A DNA stretch of 64,000 nt from Eubacteriales bacterium (GTDB lineage Bacteria > Bacillota > Clostridia > Oscillospirales > JAAYXM01). The stretch spans positions 475 through 64,474 of the forward strand of contig JAZTYJ010000019.1 of NCBI GenBank assembly GCA_045636865.1. Reading direction: 5' to 3'. The notes beneath the pieces are model-generated. The model worked only from the letters and a program-made list of their open reading frames with translations, had not been told where the DNA came from and ran no database searches. The translations under genes were made by a program, and so were the position numbers. Below are positions 1 to 8,347 of this stretch, in pieces (within the stretch, counting starts at the first letter, position 1; every line of letters begins with the position of its first letter).

Positions 1-44
1 TCATTATCTATTGTTATGCTGATTTTTTCCTTTAAGGGTTTCAT
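1..44 (-). CDS. 5' end of an unidentified CDS running off the left edge (MKPLKEKISITIDN...)
   Basis: ATG at 44-42 on the minus strand, with GAGGTG (55-50) 5 nt upstream. Only 14 codons are visible. Confidence 0.4.
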   Translation of the reverse strand, partial: MKPLKEKISITIDN

Positions 45-129
45 AATATCACCTCATACATAACTATAGCACAGAATAGGAAAAAATATTGACAAGTAGT
101 ATATAATCGTACTGGAATAATCCTGTTGT

Positions 130-360
130 TGCGATATAAAAAACTGACACATTGCAGAAACTTGCGGAGAGGCGATGCGGAGGGGCGGGGGGAGGTTTCC
201 TAGGCTCGCGGGAGCGAGGCGTGAGTTCTCCCCCGTTTTGCTACTTTTGCAATCAAAAGTAGGCCCGCCCGGCAGGGCTGACCAACTAAAAAACTTATCC
301 CAAAGCAAATTCGACTTATGCCGACAGGATTTAGTGATGGACGATGCAGACATCGTCCCC
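130..360. other. Unassigned GC-rich, highly structured segment (candidate ncRNA or long 5' leader)
   Basis: Nested helices are visible by eye: GGGCGGG 183-189 with CCCGCCC 264-270; GGGAG 190-194 with CTCCC 228-232; CTCGC-GGGA-GCGAG 205-218; CTACTTTTG-CAAT-CAAAAGTAG 241-262; GGACGATG-CAGA-CATCGTCC 339-358. No credible ORF. Confidence 0.3.
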
Positions 361-402
361 TAAAATAAAAAGCAAACAGAGTTTCGATTGTTGCCAGACA
401 AG

Positions 403-440
403 CAAACAACACCCAAGCAAGTTTTCTTGGGTGTTGTTTG
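403..440. terminator. 15-bp hairpin between the metG stop and the structured segment
   Basis: CAAACAACACCCAAG (403-417) pairs with CTTGGGTGTTGTTTG (426-440). A T-rich tail follows on the plus strand (441-447). It lies 5 nt beyond the metG stop on the minus strand. Confidence 0.6.
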
Positions 441-445
441 TTGTT

Positions 446-2365
446 TTAGTGAATCTGTGAGCCTTCCTCAACTGCGTCATCAACAAAGATGACCTTGCAG
501 CCGCCGTCGGGCATATCTGCGGCAAGGAGCATACCGTTGCTCTCAACGCCGCGGAGCTTTGCAGGCTTTAAGTTAGAAACAAGAATAATCTTTTTGCCAA
601 TAAGCTCTTCGGGCTTGTATTCCTTTGCAATTCCCGAAACGATCTGACGCTCTGCCTCACCTGTGTTGAGAATAAGCTTAAGAAGCTTATCTGCCTTCGG
701 AACGGGCTCGCATGCGACAACCTTTGCAACGCGAAGGTCAATTTTGTCAAACTCGTCGTATACGATTTCGTCCTTGTACGGAGCGACTTCCTTCTTCGGA
801 GCTTCGTTTTCCTTTGCAAGCTCCTCAAGCTTCTTTGCCTCATCAATTCGTGCAAATAAAACCTCGGCTGCACCAACTGCTTTTTCACCGCTTTCCGCAA
901 AAACTGAAAGGTCTGCGATTTCACATTTTTCAGCACCGATCTGAGCGATGATCTTTTCTGCGGTTTCCGGCATAAATGGCCAGAGAAGAGTGCCGATAAA
1001 GCGGATGGATTCGAGGAGATTGAAGAGAACCGTTTCAAGGCGGTCGCGCTTTTCTTCGTCCTTTGCAAGAGCCCACGGCTCTGTTTCGTCAATGTATTTG
1101 TTGCTGCGGCGTGCAAGTGAGATGATTTCTTCAAGAGCATCAGCAACGCGATACTCATCCATCTTAGCCTCAACGTTTGCGCGCGTAGAAAGTGCTGTCG
1201 CCTTAAGGTCTGCATCGCAGTCTGCAACGACACTCTTGTAGGAAACCTTGCCGTCAAAGTATTTGTTTGCCATCGCAACCGTACGGTTTACGAGGTTTCC
1301 GAGAGTGTTTGCAAGGTCAGCGTTGAAGCGTGCGATGATTGTTTCGTAAGTAATCGTTCCGTCCTGTGCAAACGGCATTTCGCGGAGAACGTAGTAGCGG
1401 ACAGCATCAACACCAAAATGACGGACGAGGTCATCTGCATAGATAACGTTGCCCTTTGACTTGCTCATCTTGTCGGTTCCGAATAAAAGCCACGGATGAC
1501 CGAAAACCTTTTTCGGAAGCGGCTCTCCGAGAGCCATGAGCATAATCGGCCAGTAAATCGTGTGGAAGCGGAGGATGTCCTTGCCTATGATGTGAACATC
1601 TGCCGGCCAGTATTTGTTATAAAGCTCACCTGAGCCGTCGGGAGAATAGCCGAGGGCTGTGATGTAGTTTGAGAGCGCGTCAATCCAGACGTAGATAACG
1701 TGCTTGTCGTCAAAGGTGACGGGAACGCCCCACTTGAATGATGAACGTGAAACACAGAGATCCTGAAGTCCGGGCTTTAAGAAGTTGTTTACCATCTCGC
1801 GCTTGCGGCTTTCCGGCTGAATGAACTCGGGATTTTCCTCGATGTGCTTCATAAGCGCATCCTGATACTTGCTCATCTTGAAGAAGTAAGCCTCTTCGTT
1901 TGCCTGCTTGACGGGGCGACCGCAGTCGGGGCAGACGCCGTTTTCAACCTGGGTGTCGGTGAAGAAGGATTCACACGGCACGCAGTACCAACCCTTGTAT
2001 TCGCCCTTGTATATATCGCCCTGATCGTAGAGCTTTTTGAAAATCTTCTGAACAGCCTCAACGTGATAATCGTCGGTTGTTCGGATGAACTTGTCATAGC
2101 TTGAGTTCATCATATCCCAGATTTCTCTGATCTCACCGGCTACACCGTCGACGTATTCCTGCGGAGTAACGCCTGTTTCCTTTGCAATATCTTCAATTTT
2201 CTGACCATGCTCGTCGGTTCCCGTAAGGAAAAACACATCGTAGCCCATTGAACGCTTGAAACGAGCGATAGCATCGGTAAGAACGACCTCATAGGTGTTT
2301 CCGATGTGGGGTTTTCTTGATGTGTAAGCAATGGCAGTTGTAATATAAAACTTTTTCTGCTCCAT
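446..2365 (-). CDS. metG: Methionyl-tRNA synthetase with C-terminal tRNA-binding domain
   Basis: ORF track 446..2410. Start moved to ATG 2365 (MEQKKFYITTAIAY), which has an AGAGGAAAC RBS. Class-I motifs PHIGN and KMSKS are present. Confidence 0.95.
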   Translation of the reverse strand: MEQKKFYITTAIAYTSRKPHIGNTYEVVLTDAIARFKRSMGYDVFFLTGTDEHGQKIEDIAKETGVTPQEYVDGVAGEIREIWDMMNSSYDKFIRTTDDYHVEAVQKIFKKLYDQGDIYKGEYKGWYCVPCESFFTDTQVENGVCPDCGRPVKQANEEAYFFKMSKYQDALMKHIEENPEFIQPESRKREMVNNFLKPGLQDLCVSRSSFKWGVPVTFDDKHVIYVWIDALSNYITALGYSPDGSGELYNKYWPADVHIIGKDILRFHTIYWPIMLMALGEPLPKKVFGHPWLLFGTDKMSKSKGNVIYADDLVRHFGVDAVRYYVLREMPFAQDGTITYETIIARFNADLANTLGNLVNRTVAMANKYFDGKVSYKSVVADCDADLKATALSTRANVEAKMDEYRVADALEEIISLARRSNKYIDETEPWALAKDEEKRDRLETVLFNLLESIRFIGTLLWPFMPETAEKIIAQIGAEKCEIADLSVFAESGEKAVGAAEVLFARIDEAKKLEELAKENEAPKKEVAPYKDEIVYDEFDKIDLRVAKVVACEPVPKADKLLKLILNTGEAERQIVSGIAKEYKPEELIGKKIILVSNLKPAKLRGVESNGMLLAADMPDGGCKVIFVDDAVEEGSQIH

Positions 2366-2400
2366 CTTTGTTTCCTCTTTCTGATAAACTATACAAAGAC

Positions 2401-2430
2401 AGTATAACATAAAAGTACACGTTTTTGCAA
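2401..2430 (-). promoter_or_regulatory. Candidate metG promoter
   Basis: On the minus strand: TTGCAA (2430-2425), 18 nt, then TGT-TATACT (2409-2401). This leaves a short leader with no room for a T-box. Confidence 0.45.
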
Positions 2431-2479
2431 CTGCTATACAGAAATATGAAAAATATTTGGAAAAGTTACAAATATGTAG

Positions 2480-2508
2480 TTGAAATCATAATGTTTTGAC
2501 GATATACT
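2480..2508 (+). promoter_or_regulatory. Candidate promoter of the VanW-domain gene
   Basis: TTGAAA (2480-2485), 17 nt, TATACT (2503-2508). Confidence 0.45.
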
Positions 2509-2558
2509 GTATATGTAAAAGAATGTATTTTTAACGAAAATATCAGGGGTTGAGTATT

Positions 2559-4364
2559 ATGAAATTATTTGGTGGCGGTAAGATTTCAAAGCCGGTAAAA
2601 ATTACGCTCGCAGCAGTTTGCGCGCTTGTGCTGATCTTTGCGGCGTTTACTGTTTATGCCTATACCTATAAAAACATTTTTCCGGGAGTTTCTGCCGCCG
2701 GCATTTCGCTTTCGGGAATGACTACAGAAGAGGCGATGCACGCGCTTGATGATGCGTGCCCCGAAAAGTATAACGGCAAAGAGATAGAAGTTGCGATAGA
2801 GGACTTTGAAACAATAACCGTCTCCGCAGACGAGCTTATGCTCAGCTTTGCGTCGGATACCATAGCAGAAAAGGCGTATGCGGTAGGACACGAAGGAAAC
2901 TTCTTTGAGAGGGTTTTCGGAGTGATGAAGGCATGCATCGGAGCAGCTGATGTCGGAGTTTCTGTTGAAGCGGACGAGGAGGCGTGTGCAGCTCTTTCCG
3001 AGAAAATTGCAAAATACGACATAAACCCCGTTGATGCAGCGTATACGATAGAGGATGAAACACTCATCCTTCATCCGCGTTCAGACGGCAAAAAGGTGGA
3101 TTCAAAAGAGTTTTTCGAAAGACTCTTTAACGCCTTTGCCGAAGAGAATTATGAAAAAATCACAGTTGAGAGAGTTCATGCAGAATCTGTTGCTCTTGAT
3201 ATTGACAAGGTTTATTCTGAAGTTCATGCAGAGGTCAAGGACGCATACGTCGAAAAGACGGATACGGGAAGCAAGATTGTTCCTCACGTTCTCGGTATTG
3301 ACTTTGACCTTGAAACCGCAAGAGCGGAATATGACAAGAATCCGAACGGAACAATCAGAATTCCGCTTGCGGTTACACAACCGAAGGTTTATACAAAACA
3401 CCTTGAAACAAATTTGTTTAAATACTGTCTTGCCGAGGTTGAAACATATTTCAGCCCGAAGAAGGTTGCAAGAACTGCAAACGTACGTCTTGCGGCAAGC
3501 CTTGTAAACGGAACGGTCCTGAATCCGGGCGAGGAATTTTCATACAACAAGGTTGTGGGCAAGCGTACCGCAGAGCGCGGATTTAAAGAAGCTGCGATTT
3601 TCTCGCAGGGAGAGGTTGTCGATGGTATCGGCGGCGGAATCTGTCAGGTTTCGTCAACTATCTATATGGCGGCACTCCGTGCGAATATGAAAATAACAGA
3701 GAGAAAGAACCACGCCTTCTACGTTGACTATACCCCGAAGGGGGAGGACGCAACGGTTGTTTACGGCTCTATCGACTTCCGCTTTGTAAATACAAGCGAA
3801 TATCCCATAAAAATCGTCGCAACATCAAAGAATAACTATATAAGAATTCAGATTATGGGAACGGAGCCCGATGAGAAGGTTACTGTAAAGCTTACGAAGA
3901 AAACTCACTCGACAACTCCGTATACGACTCGCGAGAAGACCGTAACCTCACTTGCCGCAGGAAAGAAAGAGGTGTACCAGAAGGGACAGGAAGGTCTCTC
4001 TATGTCCGTATATCGCAACGTTTATGACAAGAACGGAAAGCTTATCGAATCATATCTTGAGAATAACTCAAAATACAAGCCGATGCCGCAGATTATCCAT
4101 GTAGGTGCAGGCGCATCTGCTCCGGCTGTCAATACGACTCCGGAAGAGGAAAAACCGAAGGAAGAAACACCTGCACAGACACCTTCGGAGGATAAGCCCG
4201 CAGGTGAAAATGCGCAGGAGCAGGAAGCTACAACACCGCCGGCTGATAATACAAACGAGGCGCCGGCTGAGGCAACTCCTGCACCCGAGCAGAACACAGA
4301 GACACCGGAAACACCGGCTGAAAACACAAATGAGGAAACAAGCACAGAAACCCCTGCAGAATAA
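2559..4364 (+). CDS. VanW-domain protein with N-terminal membrane anchor and a Pro/Glu/Thr-rich low-complexity tail
   Basis: ORF 2550..4364. ATG 2559 is preferred because AGGGG lies upstream. VanW-type motif GGGICQVSSTIYMAAL. TM segment ITLAAVCALVLIFAAFTVYAY. Confidence 0.8.
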   Translation: MKLFGGGKISKPVKITLAAVCALVLIFAAFTVYAYTYKNIFPGVSAAGISLSGMTTEEAMHALDDACPEKYNGKEIEVAIEDFETITVSADELMLSFASDTIAEKAYAVGHEGNFFERVFGVMKACIGAADVGVSVEADEEACAALSEKIAKYDINPVDAAYTIEDETLILHPRSDGKKVDSKEFFERLFNAFAEENYEKITVERVHAESVALDIDKVYSEVHAEVKDAYVEKTDTGSKIVPHVLGIDFDLETARAEYDKNPNGTIRIPLAVTQPKVYTKHLETNLFKYCLAEVETYFSPKKVARTANVRLAASLVNGTVLNPGEEFSYNKVVGKRTAERGFKEAAIFSQGEVVDGIGGGICQVSSTIYMAALRANMKITERKNHAFYVDYTPKGEDATVVYGSIDFRFVNTSEYPIKIVATSKNNYIRIQIMGTEPDEKVTVKLTKKTHSTTPYTTREKTVTSLAAGKKEVYQKGQEGLSMSVYRNVYDKNGKLIESYLENNSKYKPMPQIIHVGAGASAPAVNTTPEEEKPKEETPAQTPSEDKPAGENAQEQEATTPPADNTNEAPAEATPAPEQNTETPETPAENTNEETSTETPAE

Positions 4365-4373
4365 GGAGAAATA

Positions 4374-5204
4374 ATGGACAGAAAAATCATACGAAAAAGA
4401 ATAAAGCTGATGGCGCAAGGGCTGCTTGCGGGAAGCTGGCTTCGCTCATTTTTGATTGTTTTGCTTCAGACACTGCTCTATGCGGCAATTATCAGCTTTC
4501 TCCCGATTCGCATTCCGACACTTTCGGAGATTGCAAATTTTAGTGGCACACAATACGAAATGCTTATGATGTTTGTTCCGAAGGTAATAACGGAAAGGAC
4601 TATCGCGCTTTGCGTGATAACGCTTATTTTGTATGTTTTGGTAATGGCTCCGTTTTCCGTCGGCATATGCAGATTTTTCCTTCGTGTTGCAAGCGGAGCA
4701 AAAGGAAAAATTTCGGATGTTTTCTCGGTATATACAAATCTCAGAACCGTGTTTTCATCTGTTTGGTTGTCAATTATCATCTTTTTGCTCTCTGCTCTCT
4801 GGATGATTGTTTTTATGTTGATTCCGATAACGGTTACGTTTTGCGGTTCAATAATAAGATCACCGCTTCTTGTAAGTTTTGCAAGCTTGCTTGTGCCGAT
4901 ATCCGCGGTTTTCGGACTTGTCTGGATAAGCAGATATGAATTTGCAAGGTTTATTCTTGCAGAAGGTAGGGCAAAAGGTGCATTTGCGGCAATTTCGGAG
5001 TGCTTTTCTCTTGTGAAAAACCGCACGGGTGAGTGCCTTGCACTTCGCACATCGTATATTCTCTGGGACGTTGCATCTTTTTATATTTATCCGCTTGGTT
5101 TTGTGTATTTTTCGCTTTTTAATACGGTATACGCGCAATACCTCTACTATTTTCGTCAAGGCGAGATGAATATGGGCGAAAATTCTAAAAATACCGAATT
5201 GTAA
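4374..5204 (+). CDS. Polytopic membrane protein, DUF975-like
   Basis: 276-aa ORF with several hydrophobic spans. The N-terminal pattern (K..AK..L.G.W) recalls DUF975. The family call is from memory only. Confidence 0.45.
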   Translation: MDRKIIRKRIKLMAQGLLAGSWLRSFLIVLLQTLLYAAIISFLPIRIPTLSEIANFSGTQYEMLMMFVPKVITERTIALCVITLILYVLVMAPFSVGICRFFLRVASGAKGKISDVFSVYTNLRTVFSSVWLSIIIFLLSALWMIVFMLIPITVTFCGSIIRSPLLVSFASLLVPISAVFGLVWISRYEFARFILAEGRAKGAFAAISECFSLVKNRTGECLALRTSYILWDVASFYIYPLGFVYFSLFNTVYAQYLYYFRQGEMNMGENSKNTEL

Positions 5205-5207
5205 GTG

Positions 5208-5236
5208 TTGACAAACAAAAAACACGGTGGTATAAT
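5208..5236 (+). promoter_or_regulatory. Consensus sigma-A type promoter of the aro operon leader
   Basis: TTGACA (5208-5213), exactly 17 nt, TATAAT (5231-5236). Confidence 0.75.
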
Positions 5237-5265
5237 CATAAAAAAATCGAAAGGCGATAAAAGTA

Positions 5266-5358
5266 ATGAAAGCTTCTCATAAGGCATATGAAATATTTTG
5301 CTACTTTTACTTTTATTTTTTTACAAAATCAAAAGTAAGAGTGATTTCTGTTGCTTAA
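5266..5358 (+). CDS. Candidate leader peptide MKASHKAYEIFCYFYFYFFTKSKVRVISVA (30 codons, Phe/Tyr run)
   Basis: Hand translation. ATG 5266, AAAGG 11 nt upstream, stop TAA 5356-5358. Codons 11-19 read F C Y F Y F Y F F. The ORF is below the length cut-off of the ORF track. Confidence 0.55.
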   Translation: MKASHKAYEIFCYFYFYFFTKSKVRVISVA

Positions 5359-5388
5359 AATAGAGAGGTTTTTTATATAAAAAACTTC

Positions 5389-5429
5389 AAAAGGCTATGC
5401 AGTAGAATCACTGCATAGCCTTTATTTTT
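5389..5429 (+). terminator. Intrinsic terminator (attenuator) immediately upstream of aroF
   Basis: GGCTATGCAGT (5393-5403), loop AGAATC, ACTGCATAGCC (5410-5420), then TTTATTTTT. An A-tract precedes the stem. It ends 22 nt before the aroF ATG. Confidence 0.75.
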
Positions 5430-5451
5430 CGGATTCAGGGAGGATTATAAG

Positions 5452-6456
5452 ATGATTGCAGTACTTAAGAGAGATGTTCCGAAAGCGCAGGTTGATAACC
5501 TCATTGCGTGGCTAAATGAACAGGATATCCGCGTTCACATTTCCGAGGGTGAGTTCCAGACGGTTCTCGGCTTTATCGGTGACACCTCGAACGTTGACGT
5601 TGAGCTTATAGAAGGGCTTGATATTGTTCAGAACGTTACACGCATAACAGAGCCGTTCAAAAGTGCAAACCGCAAGTTTCACCCCGAAAATACGGTCGTA
5701 AGCATAGGCGATGTCAAAATCGGCGACGGAAACTTTGCGCTTATCGCAGGTCCGTGTTCTGTTGAGTCGAAGGAGCAGATTTTAGGGATTGCAGAGTCAG
5801 TTAAAAAATCGGGTGCAGGTCTTCTCCGAGGCGGTGCATTCAAACCGCGCACATCTCCATATGACTTCCAGGGGCTTAAGTCTGAGGGTATCGACTTTCT
5901 CCTTGAGGCAAAGGAGGCAACCGGAATGCCGATAGTTACGGAGATTATGAACGCAAACCATCTCCCGATGTTTGAAAAGGTAGATGTTATTCAGGTCGGC
6001 GCAAGAAATATGCAGAATTTTGAGCTTTTAAAGGAGCTTGGAAGAACAAACAAAACAATCCTCCTAAAGCGCGGGCTTGCAAATACATTGAAAGAGCTCC
6101 TCATGAGTGCTGAATATATTATGGCAGGCGGAAACGAGAACATCATCCTCTGCGAGCGCGGAATCCGCACGTTTGAAACATACACGAGAAACACGCTTGA
6201 CCTCTCTGCTGTTCCGATGCTCAAGGAGCTTTCACACCTCCCTGTTGTTGTTGATCCGAGCCACGCAAGCGGAATTTCAAGGCTCGTAAAGCCGATGGCT
6301 CTTGCAGCGGCGGCCTGCGGAGCAGACGGAATAATGATAGAGGTGCACAACAACCCCAAGCGCGCACTCTGCGACGGTGCACAGTCATTAACTCCCGAGC
6401 AGTTTGACGATGTTGCGCGTGGTATATTTGCGGTAAGGCAGGCGATAGGACAATGA
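5452..6456 (+). CDS. aroF: 3-deoxy-7-phosphoheptulonate (DAHP) synthase, type I-beta, with N-terminal ferredoxin-like regulatory domain
   Basis: 334 aa. Motifs GPCSVES and KPRTSPYDFQG. A ~70-aa N-terminal extension resembles the Thermotoga-type enzymes. RBS GGGAGG. Confidence 0.9.
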   Translation: MIAVLKRDVPKAQVDNLIAWLNEQDIRVHISEGEFQTVLGFIGDTSNVDVELIEGLDIVQNVTRITEPFKSANRKFHPENTVVSIGDVKIGDGNFALIAGPCSVESKEQILGIAESVKKSGAGLLRGGAFKPRTSPYDFQGLKSEGIDFLLEAKEATGMPIVTEIMNANHLPMFEKVDVIQVGARNMQNFELLKELGRTNKTILLKRGLANTLKELLMSAEYIMAGGNENIILCERGIRTFETYTRNTLDLSAVPMLKELSHLPVVVDPSHASGISRLVKPMALAAAACGADGIMIEVHNNPKRALCDGAQSLTPEQFDDVARGIFAVRQAIGQ

Positions 6457-7298
6457 CGATAGGTATAGTCGGGCTCGGTCTTATCGGAGGATCACTCGCA
6501 AAGGCATACAAGTTCAATACCGACTTTACCATATACGGCGCGGATAACGACGAAACAACCTACAAACGCGCAGTTCTGGTAAATGCCGTTGACGGACGCC
6601 TCACGAAAGATAATATTTCAGAATGTGATTTTATTTTTCTCGCGCTTTATCCGGGTGCCGCAATCAGCTATATGGAAGAAAATGCAGAGTTCATCCGCAA
6701 GGATGCGTGTGTTATAGACTGCTGTGGTGTAAAGGAAACTGTTTGCCCAAGGCTTTTTGAGCTGGCAGAAAAATTCGGGTTTGAGTACGTCGGCGGACAT
6801 CCGATGGCAGGTCGTCAGTTTTCGGGATTTCGTTATGCGCAGGAAAATCTCTTCTCGGGCGCATGTATGATTCTTGTTCCGAAAAAAGGAGAAGAAATTG
6901 CCTTTCTTGAAAAGGTAAAGGCAGTTCTTACAAAGGCGGGCTTTGCTCACGTTACGGTGACGACAGCAGAACGCCACGACGAGATAATTGCATACACCTC
7001 CCAGCTCGCCCACGTCGTTTCAAACGCATATGTAAAAAGCCCGAGTGCCGAAGGACACAAAGGCTTCTCTGCAGGAAGCTATCGCGACCTCACGCGCGTT
7101 GCCAAGCTTTCGGAAGGTATGTGGACCGAGCTTTTCCTCGCAAACCGGGGAAACCTCGTGTCTGAAATAGATTTTCTTATTGATTCTCTGACAGAGTACA
7201 GAGATGCGCTTTGCGAAAACGATGCAGAAAGACTTATGATGCTTCTGCGAGAAGGTCGCATGCGCAAGGAAAGGATAGATGAGGAATGGAGAGAATAG
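6453..7298 (+). CDS. tyrA: Prephenate dehydrogenase
   Basis: ATGA overlap with the aroF stop. Rossmann motif IVGLGLIGGS and GGHPMAG motif. Confidence 0.85.
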   Translation: MTIGIVGLGLIGGSLAKAYKFNTDFTIYGADNDETTYKRAVLVNAVDGRLTKDNISECDFIFLALYPGAAISYMEENAEFIRKDACVIDCCGVKETVCPRLFELAEKFGFEYVGGHPMAGRQFSGFRYAQENLFSGACMILVPKKGEEIAFLEKVKAVLTKAGFAHVTVTTAERHDEIIAYTSQLAHVVSNAYVKSPSAEGHKGFSAGSYRDLTRVAKLSEGMWTELFLANRGNLVSEIDFLIDSLTEYRDALCENDAERLMMLLREGRMRKERIDEEWRE

Positions 7299-8347
7299 AG
7301 GTCTCAACCGGAAGAAGTTATGAAGTTCTTATCGGTTCAGGTATAATTTCGGAGATCGGCAAAAAAGCAAAAGAACTCTTTCCGAAAACAAAGAAGGCGG
7401 CAATTATTTCAGATGAAACAACCCACGCTCTCTTTTCCGGAAATGTAAAAAATGCGCTTGAAGACGATGGCTTTGAGGTGCTTGAGATCACCCTGCCTGC
7501 AGGCGAGAATTCAAAAAGTGCAGAGAACTACGTAAAGCTTTTAAATTTGCTTGCAAACGAAAAGTTTTCAAGGAGCGACATCATCGTTGCGCTTGGCGGC
7601 GGAGTTATCGGTGACCTTTCGGGATTTGTTGCGGCAAGCTACCTTCGCGGAATCTCTTTTATTCAGATTCCGACAACGCTTCTTGCGGCGGTGGATTCAT
7701 CCGTCGGAGGAAAAACTGCGATAAACCTCGACGCAGGCAAAAATCTTGCGGGCGCATTCTGGCAGCCGTCGCTTGTTCTTTGCGACACGGATATAATATC
7801 AGACCTTCCCGACGACATTTTTGCAGACGGAATGGCAGAGGTTATAAAGTACGGCGCGATAAGAAGCGAGAAAATTCTTAAGCTCATAACAGACGGCGCA
7901 AAAGAAAATCTTATCAGGATAATTTCAGAGTGTGTAGGGATTAAGCGCGATATAGTGTCAAACGATGAGTTTGATGTCGGTGAGCGTCAGCTTTTAAATT
8001 TCGGGCACACACCGGCACATTCGATAGAAAAAATGAGCGGATTTGAGATAAGCCACGGAAGAGCTGTTGCAATCGGTATGTGCATTATGGCAAAAGCATC
8101 CGAAACTCTCGGCTATTGCAAAGAAAACGTGTCAGATGAAATTGCTTGTCTTTGCAGAAAGTATTCGCTCCCAACAGAGTGTGAGTTTTCGGAAGATGTG
8201 CTTTTTGAAGTTGCAATGTCAGACAAAAAACGCTCGGGCGGATACATAACTTTGGTTCTTCCGAAAATGAGAGGGGAGAGCTTCCTTCTCAAAATACCAG
8301 AGGATGAGATGATAAAGTTTTTCAAAGCAGGATTGGAGAAAGCATAA
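7286..8347 (+). CDS. aroB: 3-dehydroquinate synthase
   Basis: 353 aa. GGGVIGDLSGFVAASYLRGI and HGRAVAIGM motifs. Overlaps the tyrA end. Confidence 0.9.
   Translation: MERIEVSTGRSYEVLIGSGIISEIGKKAKELFPKTKKAAIISDETTHALFSGNVKNALEDDGFEVLEITLPAGENSKSAENYVKLLNLLANEKFSRSDIIVALGGGVIGDLSGFVAASYLRGISFIQIPTTLLAAVDSSVGGKTAINLDAGKNLAGAFWQPSLVLCDTDIISDLPDDIFADGMAEVIKYGAIRSEKILKLITDGAKENLIRIISECVGIKRDIVSNDEFDVGERQLLNFGHTPAHSIEKMSGFEISHGRAVAIGMCIMAKASETLGYCKENVSDEIACLCRKYSLPTECEFSEDVLFEVAMSDKKRSGGYITLVLPKMRGESFLLKIPEDEMIKFFKAGLEKA

Noticed and set aside
54-546. ORFs of 62-99 aa (54..353, 175..363, 200..412, 331..546) covering the GC-rich segment.
   Set aside because: They overlap one another in different frames, lack Shine-Dalgarno sequences and translate to Arg/Pro/Gly/Cys-rich nonsense. 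The region is better explained as structured RNA.
568-1278. A 236-aa ORF on the minus strand inside metG, plus several 60-100-aa ORFs on both strands at 663-2331.
   Set aside because: They are alternative-frame or antisense ORFs wholly inside a gene with unmistakable MetRS motifs. Their composition is Arg/Ser/Leu-rich and low-complexity, and they have no RBS.
2366-2549. I looked for a T-box leader upstream of metG.
   Set aside because: The promoter-like elements lie about 35-65 nt from the start codon. There is no specifier hairpin, no T-box sequence and no terminator/antiterminator, so the leader is too short.
4022-4418. Three overlapping ORFs (4022..4390 -, 4068..4418 -, 4105..4374 +) at the end of the VanW-domain gene.
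   Set aside because: They arise from the repetitive Pro/Glu/Thr-coding low-complexity DNA of the VanW tail. They have no independent start signals.
5365-5388. The AT-rich palindrome GAGGTTTTTTAT/ATAAAAAACTTC in the aro leader, considered as the antiterminator.
   Set aside because: It does not overlap either arm of the terminator (5393-5420), so by itself it cannot act as an antiterminator. I kept it only as a structural note inside the attenuator finding. Proper folding is required.
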